DNA from: Chitinophagales bacterium
GTDB lineage: Bacteria > Bacteroidota > Bacteroidia > Chitinophagales > JADJOU01
NCBI GenBank assembly: GCA_030832185.1
Contig: JAURJQ010000030.1
Span: 53,725 to 117,724 of the forward strand
Direction of reading: 5' to 3'
DNA: 64,000 nt
Shown piece after piece: positions 19,401 to 27,859 of the stretch. Under the pieces are notes generated by a model. That model did not search any database and was not told the DNA's origin. It saw only the letters and a program-made list of their open reading frames with translations. Position 1 is the first letter of the stretch; every line of letters starts with the position of its first letter. The translations under genes and the position numbers were made by a program.

Positions 19401-19543
19401 TAGTCATCAGGACCATTGGTTTTGAAGGTAGTCTGCTGCGAACAAAGAGAAAACGGATGAGTGAGGAGAAAGCATAATATCAAGGAAGGAATTATAAATC
19501 TTTGCCTCGAGGAATATTTGAAATTTATATAAATGGATGTCAT
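16496..19543 (-). CDS. Secreted tandem amidohydrolase-superfamily protein (~1015 aa)
   Basis: The N-terminal module has FIDLYSDHG in place of HxH, while the C-terminal module has the intact GIIDEHSHIA. The ATG at 19543 is preferred over TTG 19567 because a -7 box sits at 19565-19572. Confidence 0.8.
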   Translation of the reverse strand: MTSIYINFKYSSRQRFIIPSLILCFLLTHPFSLCSQQTTFKTNGPDDYREGLYAFTRVTLYQDYKTIRSNATVVIKNGKIIDVNTTGSIPAGATVYNMQGKFLYPSFIDLYSDHGMPKIKKNPGDEGKQYESNIKGAYGWNQAIHTDFEAHKTWTRDDTAAKIYRKQGFGTLVVHRKDGIARGTAALVLLGSDKENLLLKNSQIANVFSLDKGSSTQEYPNSMMGSIALLRQTHYDAKWYAQTTAPKEYNINLEAWNETKNLISIFDAGHWENVLRADKIGDEMGKQFIFRTDGTEYQRLDEIKKTNGKLIVPLIFPKAYDVSDIYKNQFIDLAEMNHWEHAPANCAYLDKNNIEFAITSDLLEKRDDFLKNLRIALKYGISESALLKALTFQPAQFLNIYNEVGSIEKGKWANFIITDYNLFDDRAQVLENWVGGKKFTVQKSEDYDIRGTYKLNTINSSTPLSSTKLVIIGDKPSPKATIIFSDTSKIDVKLDRKGKDIVFSMIPFPKGDNKKYFFSGTIDPETNRWTGKGQYPNGAEFKWMAQRDSLYIDTSKRKLDTIKLESLGKLSYPMHGYGFEQLPNQESILFKNATLWTNEAEGVMPLTDLIIKNGKIAQIGNNLGCAECRIFNAQGKHITTGIIDEHSHIALRGVNEGSKTISSEVCMGDVINPSDINIYRHLAGGVTAAQLLHGSANAIGGQSALIKLRWGFTAEQMKIEQADGFIKFALGENVKQSNWGPQFNTRYPQTRMGVEQTYINYFTKAQEYLKNIQTNAQNTRRDLELDALAEILNKKRFITCHSYVQSEITMLMRVAEKFNFKVNTFTHILEGYKVADKMKTHGVYASTFADWWAYKFEVIDAIPHNAGILSQMGVCTAINSDDAEMARRLNQEAAKSVKYANMSEEDAWKMVTLNPAKMVHLDHRMGSLKPGKDADVVLWSDHPLSIYALAEQTYIDGRLFYSLESNTKLQERIQKERARLIQKMSEDKKAGGETQEPAKKQKYSFSCGNENECLH

Positions 19544-19564
19544 AAAACAAGTGAAATGTATAGA

Positions 19565-19572
19565 CAAAACTA
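19565..19572 (-). promoter_or_regulatory. Candidate -7 box for the amidohydrolase operon
   Basis: Plus-strand CAAAACTA is TAGTTTTG on the minus strand, 22 nt upstream of the ATG at 19543. Confidence 0.4.
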
Positions 19573-19662
19573 ATCCAATCTAATGAATTGGGGTATTTTT
19601 TAGCGAGGTTTCGTAGAATTACTAAAAAAACCTATAATCCACACTTATTTCATAGAAACGAG

Positions 19663-19670
19663 TATTTTTG
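19663..19670 (+). promoter_or_regulatory. Candidate -7 box for the 19721 gene
   Basis: TATTTTTG lies 51 nt upstream of the TTG start at 19721. Confidence 0.3.
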
Positions 19671-19720
19671 AAATAATATTTTTCAAACGTCTATCACTGA
19701 ATTTTTAAAGCCCTCATCAG

Positions 19721-20725
19721 TTGAAACTATCGGCCAGTCTATATTCAAGCAAGCAATCCAGTCTATTGGATGCTGCCAAAGAGTTGGAGGCCTATGGCGT
19801 TGATTTTTGGCATATAGATAGTATCGAGAATTTTTCTGTTTTTGAGGATATTTCTGCCTTAGCAGGAGTTTCGGAGACTCCGATAGATCTGCATATCATT
19901 GCGAAGCAGCCTTTGGATTATTATCCCTATTTAGAAGCAGAAAATATCAAGCGAATTTCTTTTCAGATAGAAGAATTGGGGGCTGAATTTTCATTTCCTA
20001 AAATTAAAAACAAACAAATCGGTTTGGCTGTTCAGATACATCATCCGAGTCTTTGTGGAACGGTGAATCGGTATATCGATCAGGTCGATTTTGTCTTATT
20101 GATGATGACTACGCCAGGAGTCAGCGGTGGTAGATTTGATCAATCTCATTTTAATGCCATTCGTCAGCTCGTTCGTCAATTTCCCAATATAGAATGGTGT
20201 GTGGATGGCGGAGTGAATCATGAAATAGCTTATATCCTGAGACTCATGGGGGTGCAGACTGTGGTCATCGGATCCTATCTGCTGAATCATGCGAACATGG
20301 CACAGGCAATAGTTCAAATTCGCAGCCATCATGTTCGCTCAGAATATCATGTGCTTGACTTTTGTATCCCTTTGGAATATTTGCCTATCGTAAGCACGAG
20401 CGCAGATGTTAAAACGATGCTGACTGCGATGCATGCATATCAGCTGGGTATTGTTTTCTGTCTTGATGGTGAAGGAACACTTACAGGTATTATTTCCAAT
20501 GCGGATGTGAGGCGAATTTTAATCGAAGGAAATTTCTCCTATGACCTAGCTGTCTCCTCATTTATCAATACACAGCCAAAGTTCATTTCCGATCAATCCT
20601 CGACATCAGATATGATAGAATACATCAGTAAAATAAGTTTTCCTATCTTAGTACTTCCAGTTTTATCTGCCGATAGAAAGCTGAGAGGAGCCGTTTCATT
20701 TCATAAATTACTCAAAGAAGAATAA
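19721..20725 (+). CDS. Ribulose-phosphate-3-epimerase-like TIM barrel fused to a CBS-domain pair
   Basis: RPE-like motifs WHIDSIE, IDLHII, LLMMTTPGVSGGRF, VDGGV and VIGSYLL are followed by ~120 aa of CBS-type sequence (GIVFCLDGEGTLTGIISNADVRR...). The start is TTG. Confidence 0.6.
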   Translation: MKLSASLYSSKQSSLLDAAKELEAYGVDFWHIDSIENFSVFEDISALAGVSETPIDLHIIAKQPLDYYPYLEAENIKRISFQIEELGAEFSFPKIKNKQIGLAVQIHHPSLCGTVNRYIDQVDFVLLMMTTPGVSGGRFDQSHFNAIRQLVRQFPNIEWCVDGGVNHEIAYILRLMGVQTVVIGSYLLNHANMAQAIVQIRSHHVRSEYHVLDFCIPLEYLPIVSTSADVKTMLTAMHAYQLGIVFCLDGEGTLTGIISNADVRRILIEGNFSYDLAVSSFINTQPKFISDQSSTSDMIEYISKISFPILVLPVLSADRKLRGAVSFHKLLKEE

Positions 20726-20738
20726 TAGATTTAAATAT

Positions 20739-21731
20739 ATGATACTTCACGTACAGAAAAAAGCCAATTTGGCCGCCTTACAAGACTTTTATAGAGCCTA
20801 TGCTATAGAAGAAAAAGATTATTATGTGCTGATTACGCCCTCCTCTTTAAAGGAAGTAGATGAGAGTCATCAAGCAGATATCATCGCTTCCTTCCCCATG
20901 GATTCAGATATACAGCTAGCTAGTCGTAAATATACTTATACCACGCGAGAAATAAAATTTAGCGATACTTTGACCATTGGAGGTTCTACGAATCATACCA
21001 TGATGATTACCGGCCCATGCAGTGTAGAGTCCGAAGAGCAGATAGATCAGGTAGCTAAATTCTGCGTAGAACAAGGAGTTCAGGTTCTAAGAGCAGGATG
21101 CTATAAGCCGCGCACATCGCCATATACCTTCCAGGGTCTTGGTCATAAGGGCTTAATACTTTTAGCTAAAATGAGAGATAAATACGGATTAAAAATTATC
21201 ACGGAAGTCAAAGATGCTACCCATGTAGAAGATGTGATAGAGTTCGCCGATATTATTCAGATAGGTGCTAAGGCTATGTATGACCATGGAATCTTGCGCG
21301 CGTGCAGCAAGATTCAAAAGCCGATAGTTCTGAAAAGGGGTTTTGGCTCTACTTTGCAGGAATTTGTGCAGAGTGCAGAGTTTATACTCAGCGGCGGCAA
21401 TATGAATGTAGCTCTGTGTGAGCGAGGGATAAGAACTTATGAAACTAAGACGCGATTTACCCTAGACCTCTGCGGTGTTGCGTACTTAAAAGAGCATACG
21501 AATCTGCCTATCATACTAGATCCTAGCCATGCGATGGGTTATGCCTATGGAGTGGCAGACCTTACTAGAGCCTGTGTGGCTATGGGTATAGATGGCCTTC
21601 TGATAGAAACGCATCCAGATCCTAGTGTGGCTAAAAGCGATGCTTCGCAGCAGTTAAACTTCGAGCAATTTTCAGCACTGAAAAACTCACTTGACAAGGT
21701 CGCAGAATCCGTCGGTAGAAAAATGATTTAG
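20739..21731 (+). CDS. 3-deoxy-7-phosphoheptulonate (DAHP) synthase, type I-beta with N-terminal ferredoxin-like regulatory domain
   Basis: GPCSVESEEQ, RAGCYKPRTSPYTFQGLG and DPSHA motifs, with a ~90-aa N-terminal extension as in Thermotoga-type DAHPS. Confidence 0.85.
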   Translation: MILHVQKKANLAALQDFYRAYAIEEKDYYVLITPSSLKEVDESHQADIIASFPMDSDIQLASRKYTYTTREIKFSDTLTIGGSTNHTMMITGPCSVESEEQIDQVAKFCVEQGVQVLRAGCYKPRTSPYTFQGLGHKGLILLAKMRDKYGLKIITEVKDATHVEDVIEFADIIQIGAKAMYDHGILRACSKIQKPIVLKRGFGSTLQEFVQSAEFILSGGNMNVALCERGIRTYETKTRFTLDLCGVAYLKEHTNLPIILDPSHAMGYAYGVADLTRACVAMGIDGLLIETHPDPSVAKSDASQQLNFEQFSALKNSLDKVAESVGRKMI

Positions 21732-21738
21732 TCATTTT

Positions 21739-22242
21739 ATGAAGTATGCTTTTCTAGGTCCAGAATCCACTGGAAAGACTACCACCGCTATCGAAATTGT
21801 ATGCAGACGGAATGGTGTTTTAGTGCCTGAGGTCGCTCGAGACTATTTAGAAGAAAAAGGATTAAATTATGACTATGAGGATATCTTAGACATAGCTAAA
21901 CAGCAATTCACTAAAGAAATAGAAATCTCCGACGCTCATCCTGACGAAATAATTATCTGTGATACAGAACTCATCACGATGGAGATATGGCTTGAATTTT
22001 ATGGATACGAAGTGCCGAATTGGATACCAACTTTTATTCATCAAGCCTCTTATGAATCTTATTTTTTATTCAATACGGATATAGCTTGGGTGCCAGATGG
22101 ATTGAGAAATAATCAAAATGATAGAGAGGTCTTGCTCAATCTCTTTAAGCGAAAACTAAACTACTACAATAAAAACTGGATTTTAGTATCTGGTCAGGGC
22201 GTTGAACGAGTAGAAAATGTTTTGAAGTATATTGAAGCGTAA
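21739..22242 (+). CDS. NadR-C-terminal-like AAA ATPase / ribosylnicotinamide-kinase-like protein
   Basis: Walker A GPESTGKTT, EVARDYLE, DTELITMEIW and a conserved WVPDGLRN segment. Confidence 0.65.
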   Translation: MKYAFLGPESTGKTTTAIEIVCRRNGVLVPEVARDYLEEKGLNYDYEDILDIAKQQFTKEIEISDAHPDEIIICDTELITMEIWLEFYGYEVPNWIPTFIHQASYESYFLFNTDIAWVPDGLRNNQNDREVLLNLFKRKLNYYNKNWILVSGQGVERVENVLKYIEA

Positions 22243-22312
22243 AGGAGTATTCAGATCCAATTGTATCTTAACTAGATTTCCATTGTCTCTTAAAAATAAA
22301 CTCTATAAATAG

Positions 22313-23929
22313 TTAATCCAAATCATCAAAATCGTCCACTCCTCCTGCAGGCGGAACATCATCTTTGAAGAATTCTTCGCGGTCAATATGATTCATTTTA
22401 GACGGTACCGTCATAGTAGGTGTATCACCAAAATCATCCGCTTGTTTGTTTTTGATATCAGCATAACGCATGGTATTGCTGGAGAGTCCTTGGTCATCCC
22501 AATCGCAGTATTTTACATATTTTCCTATAAAGCGGGCATTGAAGCTATCCGTTCTACCATTTCTGTTTTTGGCTACGCTGATGGTAGCCACTTCTTCTAG
22601 GCTATTGCCGTCGGCATCTCTCGCCTCTTTGTCATAGTAGGCTTCTCTGTATAGAAAGATAACCATATCAGCATCCTGCTCTATAGATCCAGATTCCCTA
22701 AGGTCTGATAGCATAGGCTTCGAAGGCTTGGTGCTCGTGCCTCTATTCTCTGCCTGACGACTAAGCTGAGCTAGCGCTATGATAGGCACTTCTAGTTCTT
22801 TCGCTATAGATTTAAGCGAACGCGATATAAAAGCTATTTGTTGCTCTCGATTGGATATAATTTTGCCATTTCCCTCTACCATATTCACGGTCATGAGCTG
22901 GAGGTAATCTATGACTATGAGTCCTAACCCATGATCGCGTTTTATTTTTCGCACTTTTTTTCTAAAGTCCATGACGCTTAGTCCTGGGGTGTCATCGAAA
23001 AACAAATTGACTTTATTGAGTTTGTCCATCTTGGAGGTCACCTGCGCTAATTCTGCTTGATTGATAGTGCCACGTCTGATTTTTTCTTGCTCTACGTCCG
23101 ATTCTGAAGAGATCAAACGCATCATGAGCTGATTGGTGGGCATCTCTAGGGAGAAGAAAACAGCAGTCTGATTGGCCATAACGGCAGCATTGCGGGCTAA
23201 GGTGAGCGTAAACGCGGTCTTTCCCATACCAGGACGACCTGCTACGATGATAAGGTCACCTTTCTGCCATCCTCCAGAGAGTTCATTGAGCTGCTTGAAT
23301 CCAGTTTCTACACCTTGTAGCTCATTGTTCAAACTTTTATCCATACGCAGTTGGAGGTCACTGAGCGCTCCACCTAGTACTTGCGAAGTATTGACAGGGT
23401 CTTCGCTGGTATAGTTTTCGGATAGTTGATAAATTTTTGACTCCGTCTCATCGAGTGTTTCAAATACGTCTTTTGTGCTATCATAGCCATGCTTGATTAC
23501 ATCGTTTCCTAGCCGGATAAGTTCTCTTTGAATAAATTTCTGTGCTACGATGCGCGAGTGAAATTCTACGTTAGCACTGGAAGCCACGGTATTGGAGAGT
23601 TCTATTAGGTAGCCAGGACCTCCGCACATTTCGAGTACGCCATCTTTGGATAATTGCTCTGCTAGTAGAGCAATATCTACAGGCTCATGACGGGAAGAAA
23701 TTTTTAGAGATGCGGAAAAAATCTTCTGATGGGAAGGTAGATAAAAAGAAGCTTCTGATAGAATCTCTCTCACCGTATCTATCGCATCTTTATCGATCAT
23801 AATAGCGGCCAGAATAGCTTTCTCCATCTCTATACTTTGTGGAGCTTTTCTCCCTAAATCTACATCATCTATTCTTTTTGTGAGTAGGTTGAGAGAAGTT
23901 TTTTTTGCTATTTCGGGTTTATCTGTCAC
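22313..23929 (-). CDS. dnaB: Replicative DNA helicase
   Basis: 538 aa with Walker A GRPGMGKT, IVIDYLQLM and the LAQLSRQAENR arginine-finger region. The start is GTG. There is a ~70-aa acidic C-terminal tail. Confidence 0.95.
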   Translation of the reverse strand: MTDKPEIAKKTSLNLLTKRIDDVDLGRKAPQSIEMEKAILAAIMIDKDAIDTVREILSEASFYLPSHQKIFSASLKISSRHEPVDIALLAEQLSKDGVLEMCGGPGYLIELSNTVASSANVEFHSRIVAQKFIQRELIRLGNDVIKHGYDSTKDVFETLDETESKIYQLSENYTSEDPVNTSQVLGGALSDLQLRMDKSLNNELQGVETGFKQLNELSGGWQKGDLIIVAGRPGMGKTAFTLTLARNAAVMANQTAVFFSLEMPTNQLMMRLISSESDVEQEKIRRGTINQAELAQVTSKMDKLNKVNLFFDDTPGLSVMDFRKKVRKIKRDHGLGLIVIDYLQLMTVNMVEGNGKIISNREQQIAFISRSLKSIAKELEVPIIALAQLSRQAENRGTSTKPSKPMLSDLRESGSIEQDADMVIFLYREAYYDKEARDADGNSLEEVATISVAKNRNGRTDSFNARFIGKYVKYCDWDDQGLSSNTMRYADIKNKQADDFGDTPTMTVPSKMNHIDREEFFKDDVPPAGGVDDFDDLD

Positions 23930-23950
23930 GTTTAATTTTTATTTTGTCGG

Positions 23951-23958
23951 CAAATATA
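23951..23958 (-). promoter_or_regulatory. Candidate -7 box for dnaB
   Basis: Plus-strand CAAATATA is TATATTTG on the minus strand, 22 nt upstream of the GTG at 23929. Confidence 0.4.
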
Positions 23959-24116
23959 GAACCTAGCTTGGTTATTATTTTTATAGATATACATAGCCAA
24001 TGTGGATAGGAACTTATCACCACCTAAATATAGTGGAAATTTATGTGAATAAGCCATAAAATAATGTGAATTGCCTAAAAATTCTGCATTTTTGGTCACT
24101 AAATTTCATTAGCATC

Positions 24117-24488
24117 ATGTGGAAAGTAAAATCTCAATGCCTATCTATTCACAACATAGAAATAGAAGCCCCTCTCGGGGTGTTTGATTTTGAAAAATCG
24201 AACGGAAATAAGTTCCTCATTTCAGTCGATTTATGGGGTGATTATCATACATGTATGCAGTCAGATTCCCTGAATGAAACCTTAGATTATCAGATGATAT
24301 TCAATATAGCGCATGAAGTTCTATTACAAGGAGGAAATTTGATAGAGTCTGCTGCTCAGAAGATTATGGATCGAATTTTTTTAATAGATTTTCCCTTGAC
24401 GAGAGTCCGAGTTTATATTCAGAAATTAAATCCTCCGCTAGATGGCGTGGTCTCTGATACTAGTTTTGAAATTATATCAGAGCGTTAG
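24117..24488 (+). CDS. folB: Dihydroneopterin aldolase
   Basis: The ATG at 24117 gives ~123 aa. LGVFDFEKSNGNKFLISVDL and TLDYQMIFNIAHEV fit FolB. The track ORF starts at an upstream GTG. Confidence 0.7.
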   Translation: MWKVKSQCLSIHNIEIEAPLGVFDFEKSNGNKFLISVDLWGDYHTCMQSDSLNETLDYQMIFNIAHEVLLQGGNLIESAAQKIMDRIFLIDFPLTRVRVYIQKLNPPLDGVVSDTSFEIISER

Positions 24489-26594
24489 CGAGATCTGTAG
24501 TCTATAATTTCTGCCCATGCCAGGCACGGTAGATAAATAACTCAGGTAGTTTCTATCCAATAAATTATCTAGATGGAATCGAAGATTTAATTGTTTTGTC
24601 AAGGAATAATCCACTGCAAAATTGATTAAATAATAGAGTGGAAATTCATTGGTGCCATTCTGCTGTGAGGCATAGTATCGGATATATTGGGAGGCTTGGC
24701 TGGTTGAGAAATTTCTGCCCGTATTGAAATGAGCCCAGGTATGGAATAGTATCTTATTTGATTTATACTTTAGACCTAAATTTCCATAAAATGGAAGCGA
24801 TTGGTAATCTAGGTTCGTGTCCAAAGAAGAAAAAATATGATGCATATTGAGCTGCTGATAGACTAGAATTTTTTTAGAGATATTATACCTTAACTCTAGC
24901 TGCGCACCACCTTCCGATAGTTTACTTGCATTGTCAAATGTCTGTGTGAAATAGTTGTTTAGACCGATGGTGATTCTTTCTGAGAAATAATCTACATAGT
25001 CTCTGAGTAGGATAGCATCCAAGCTATAGCGGTAGTAGGGGGTGAAATGAACTTCTAGTTTATCATCAAATTTTCTGTACAGATGAGATTCTATAAGGAT
25101 TTCCTTTTCTGCTTTTAGCTCTGCATTCGGTTTTAGAAATGTATTTCCATATAGTGGATTCACCTCTTGCATTTGTGGCTGCTTCATTCTTACAAAAACA
25201 TTGATTGTATAGTTGGAGTTTTCACATATATGTCGCATCCACGTCAGGGAGAATTCTGCTCTAGGTCTCACTTGATATGAAGTTTGAACCGTATAGGGTG
25301 CATGACTAAAGGCATAATTTTCTAACCCACCTTTCAAGCCGAAAAGCCATGATATATCGGCGCTTTGCCTTAGTTCTTTTCGGAAGTAGGCAGAAAATTG
25401 GGTGACAGGTAACGAGAAAAAGCTAGTATGCTGAGGTGTATTATGAAAGTTATTTTTAATCCACAGAATGGAGGCCTCTGCACCATAGAAAAATATTCTG
25501 CGAGCGTCTAAATTTTTATAACCCCTCACCTGCAGAGAAAATTTATTTTCTTCATAGTGTTGACGAATGAGTTCATCTTGGATATCATATCTCTCGGTTT
25601 TACGGTGATTCAAGTGCTGAAAAGTAAAAGCTAAATTGAGCTGTGTGTATAGGGGGGATGACTCGCTGTAGTTTATTTTTTGTATAAATGCTAGTATATT
25701 AGGAGACCAATCTGAGCTAGATTCACTAAGTAAATAGTCTCTATTTTTTTGAATTATACGTCCTAGATTTTCTTGTAGACTTCCACCTATATGCAGATAG
25801 AAATTGAGTTCATTGTTAGAAGCCATTTGGAGTCGAAACATATTATCCAATCCGAGCTGAACTTGGGGTTTAGTATAGTTCAGACTATCCACTTTTAAGG
25901 CCCATGAGCCCGCCCCAGCGCCATTAAATGGATTGGCTAATCGAGCCCAACTAATTCGTCCTACGTCAGAACCGGTAAGTCCTAGCGGGTAATTGTATTG
26001 ATAGTGTGCATAGAGACTGCCTAGATAGCTCCACTTCGCTCTATGCAGAGCTAACTGAACGACTCCTTGTCCATTTGTATTTCCTAAACCTAAACTGGAT
26101 TTAACACGCAGACTATGGCTATCTTTTTTTTCAGGGATAATTGGTGTTGACAATGCAATTTGACCTGCACTGCTACTATTATTGGAGGCCGAGTATCCTT
26201 GATAAGCATTGATCTGCTTGAATATGCTGGGGTGTAACTGTTGCAATAGTTGTAAATTATTCTCGGCTATGGCAGAGCTAAAATCCACATTGTGTATAGC
26301 GAGTGTAGGGGAGACTTTTCTATTCTGGTAGTAAATATCTTGATGAAAAATACTATGATCGGCCAGATAGAAATTCGTTTGCTGCTTTAGAAGCTCAGAG
26401 AAATTTTGGTGAAGCTGCTGATTAGTCTCCTGCGAAAAGCTATAACCTTTCTGAGGTAGAAGACTATATTCCTGAGGCTTTAGCTGCGCATAATCCTGTT
26501 CATAGCGTATTTTGTAGTCATCTACCTGTGCCGAATACGAAATTACTTGAAAAAAAAATATAGAAAATACAGCGAAAAATCTATAGGTTCGCAT
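24477..26594 (-). CDS. Outer-membrane beta-barrel protein, TonB-dependent-receptor-like C-terminus, no recognisable plug
   Basis: Signal peptide MRTYRFFAVFSIFFFQVISYSAQ, alternating beta-strand pattern, and C-terminal LLDRNYLSYLSTVPGMGRNYRLQISLTL. Confidence 0.55.
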   Translation of the reverse strand: MRTYRFFAVFSIFFFQVISYSAQVDDYKIRYEQDYAQLKPQEYSLLPQKGYSFSQETNQQLHQNFSELLKQQTNFYLADHSIFHQDIYYQNRKVSPTLAIHNVDFSSAIAENNLQLLQQLHPSIFKQINAYQGYSASNNSSSAGQIALSTPIIPEKKDSHSLRVKSSLGLGNTNGQGVVQLALHRAKWSYLGSLYAHYQYNYPLGLTGSDVGRISWARLANPFNGAGAGSWALKVDSLNYTKPQVQLGLDNMFRLQMASNNELNFYLHIGGSLQENLGRIIQKNRDYLLSESSSDWSPNILAFIQKINYSESSPLYTQLNLAFTFQHLNHRKTERYDIQDELIRQHYEENKFSLQVRGYKNLDARRIFFYGAEASILWIKNNFHNTPQHTSFFSLPVTQFSAYFRKELRQSADISWLFGLKGGLENYAFSHAPYTVQTSYQVRPRAEFSLTWMRHICENSNYTINVFVRMKQPQMQEVNPLYGNTFLKPNAELKAEKEILIESHLYRKFDDKLEVHFTPYYRYSLDAILLRDYVDYFSERITIGLNNYFTQTFDNASKLSEGGAQLELRYNISKKILVYQQLNMHHIFSSLDTNLDYQSLPFYGNLGLKYKSNKILFHTWAHFNTGRNFSTSQASQYIRYYASQQNGTNEFPLYYLINFAVDYSLTKQLNLRFHLDNLLDRNYLSYLSTVPGMGRNYRLQISLTL

Positions 26595-26621
26595 GTGAAT
26601 CACGATAGATGAAGACGAGTT

Positions 26622-27242
26622 CTATTTGGTTTTAAATATTGCGTATCCTAGCATGATACTTACAAGACCTGTATTGCCAGAAAAATTATAGCTACTAGTA
26701 GGTGAGGTGGAATTAAACTCTGATTGAGTGAAGGTTCGCGAGACTCTTGCATCTAAACTCCATCGCTTAGATACATTGATGCCTAGGTTAGCTACAGCCC
26801 CTATTTGAGCTCTACCCTCATTGACCTGACTAATGACGGTTGTTTTTGAAGTCAAGGCATCAAAACTCTGATTAGCATAAAATACTATGCTTGGGCCAAT
26901 AGCGAAACGAATTTTACTAAACTGGAATCCCATGAGAACCGAAGTGTACATCTGACCGAGATTAAAATTGCATTCCGCAGACTGCCCATTTTCATTTAAG
27001 CTAAATCCTACTCGATTAGTCAAATAACCTAGTTCTGGCTGTAGGATATAGCTAGAAAATTTGAATCTAGCATATGCTTGGGCATTGTATCCTAGCTTTG
27101 GATCAGAGCCTGTAATATCATTGTAGGTATACAGTTGATTAAGCGACGTATTAACTCCAGCCATAAGACCTATTTTAAAATCTACAGCGTTGCAGGCGGG
27201 AGCTAGATATAGAAAAATAAAAAGACATATTAATTTGTGCAT
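26622..27242 (-). CDS. Small outer-membrane beta-barrel (OmpA-beta-barrel/PorT-like) protein
   Basis: Signal peptide plus an 8-strand-type alternating pattern, ending in an aromatic-rich terminal strand (SIMLGYAIFKTK). Confidence 0.55.
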   Translation of the reverse strand: MHKLICLFIFLYLAPACNAVDFKIGLMAGVNTSLNQLYTYNDITGSDPKLGYNAQAYARFKFSSYILQPELGYLTNRVGFSLNENGQSAECNFNLGQMYTSVLMGFQFSKIRFAIGPSIVFYANQSFDALTSKTTVISQVNEGRAQIGAVANLGINVSKRWSLDARVSRTFTQSEFNSTSPTSSYNFSGNTGLVSIMLGYAIFKTK

Positions 27243-27351
27243 AGTAGGATTACTAAATAAGGATAGTAATTGCGATTAAAACGCAAACATAGGGTGTATT
27301 ATTTTGACAAGGAGTTAAAAAGAGCAGATACTGTGCCGTTTTATAAGACCT

Positions 27352-27663
27352 TTAGAACGGATTGTCATCCGAAGTGTTAGTCGGGTCTTCGCTTGTATTA
27401 ACCGCAGGCTCTACTTTCCAAGCTCTAATCTCAGTATACCATTTTTCCTTATATTCTCTGCTCTCTATATCCACACTCACTTTGAGGCTATCGCCATTTT
27501 GAACTTGAATACTATCTACTGCATCTCCTTTAATGGCCATACAGATTTTTTTAGGCACTTTTGCATAGGTCTCTAGAATAAACTCTCGTTTTTTCCAGCT
27601 TCCTCTTGGACTTTCACCCGTCTGAATGTCAAATACATTCAGTACTTTTCCTTGAATATACAT
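27352..27663 (-). CDS. DUF3127-like OB-fold protein
   Basis: 103 aa. GKVLNVFDIQTGESPRGSWKKREFILET...WYTEIRAWKVE matches my recollection of DUF3127. Confidence 0.6.
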   Translation of the reverse strand: MYIQGKVLNVFDIQTGESPRGSWKKREFILETYAKVPKKICMAIKGDAVDSIQVQNGDSLKVSVDIESREYKEKWYTEIRAWKVEPAVNTSEDPTNTSDDNPF

Positions 27664-27686
27664 AGTTGTTTACTTTAGTTCTTAGA

Positions 27687-27694
27687 CAAATATA
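27687..27694 (-). promoter_or_regulatory. Candidate -7 box for the DUF3127 gene
   Basis: Plus-strand CAAATATA is TATATTTG on the minus strand, 24 nt upstream of the ATG at 27663. Confidence 0.4.
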
Positions 27695-27837
27695 GGAGAA
27701 ATTCCTTGTTTCTATACAAATTTTAACTGAGGGGTATTCATACTCTATTGAATGGATAATATACCAGAATAAGGTAAAGTTCAATTTTCACTCCACTCAA
27801 AAAGCCAATAAATCGTCTTAATTTTTATCAGATAAGC

Positions 27838-27845
27838 TATATTTG
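27838..27845 (+). promoter_or_regulatory. Candidate -7 box for the aminopeptidase gene
   Basis: TATATTTG lies 14 nt upstream of the ATG at 27860. Confidence 0.4.
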
Positions 27846-27859
27846 GGATTTTTATATAG

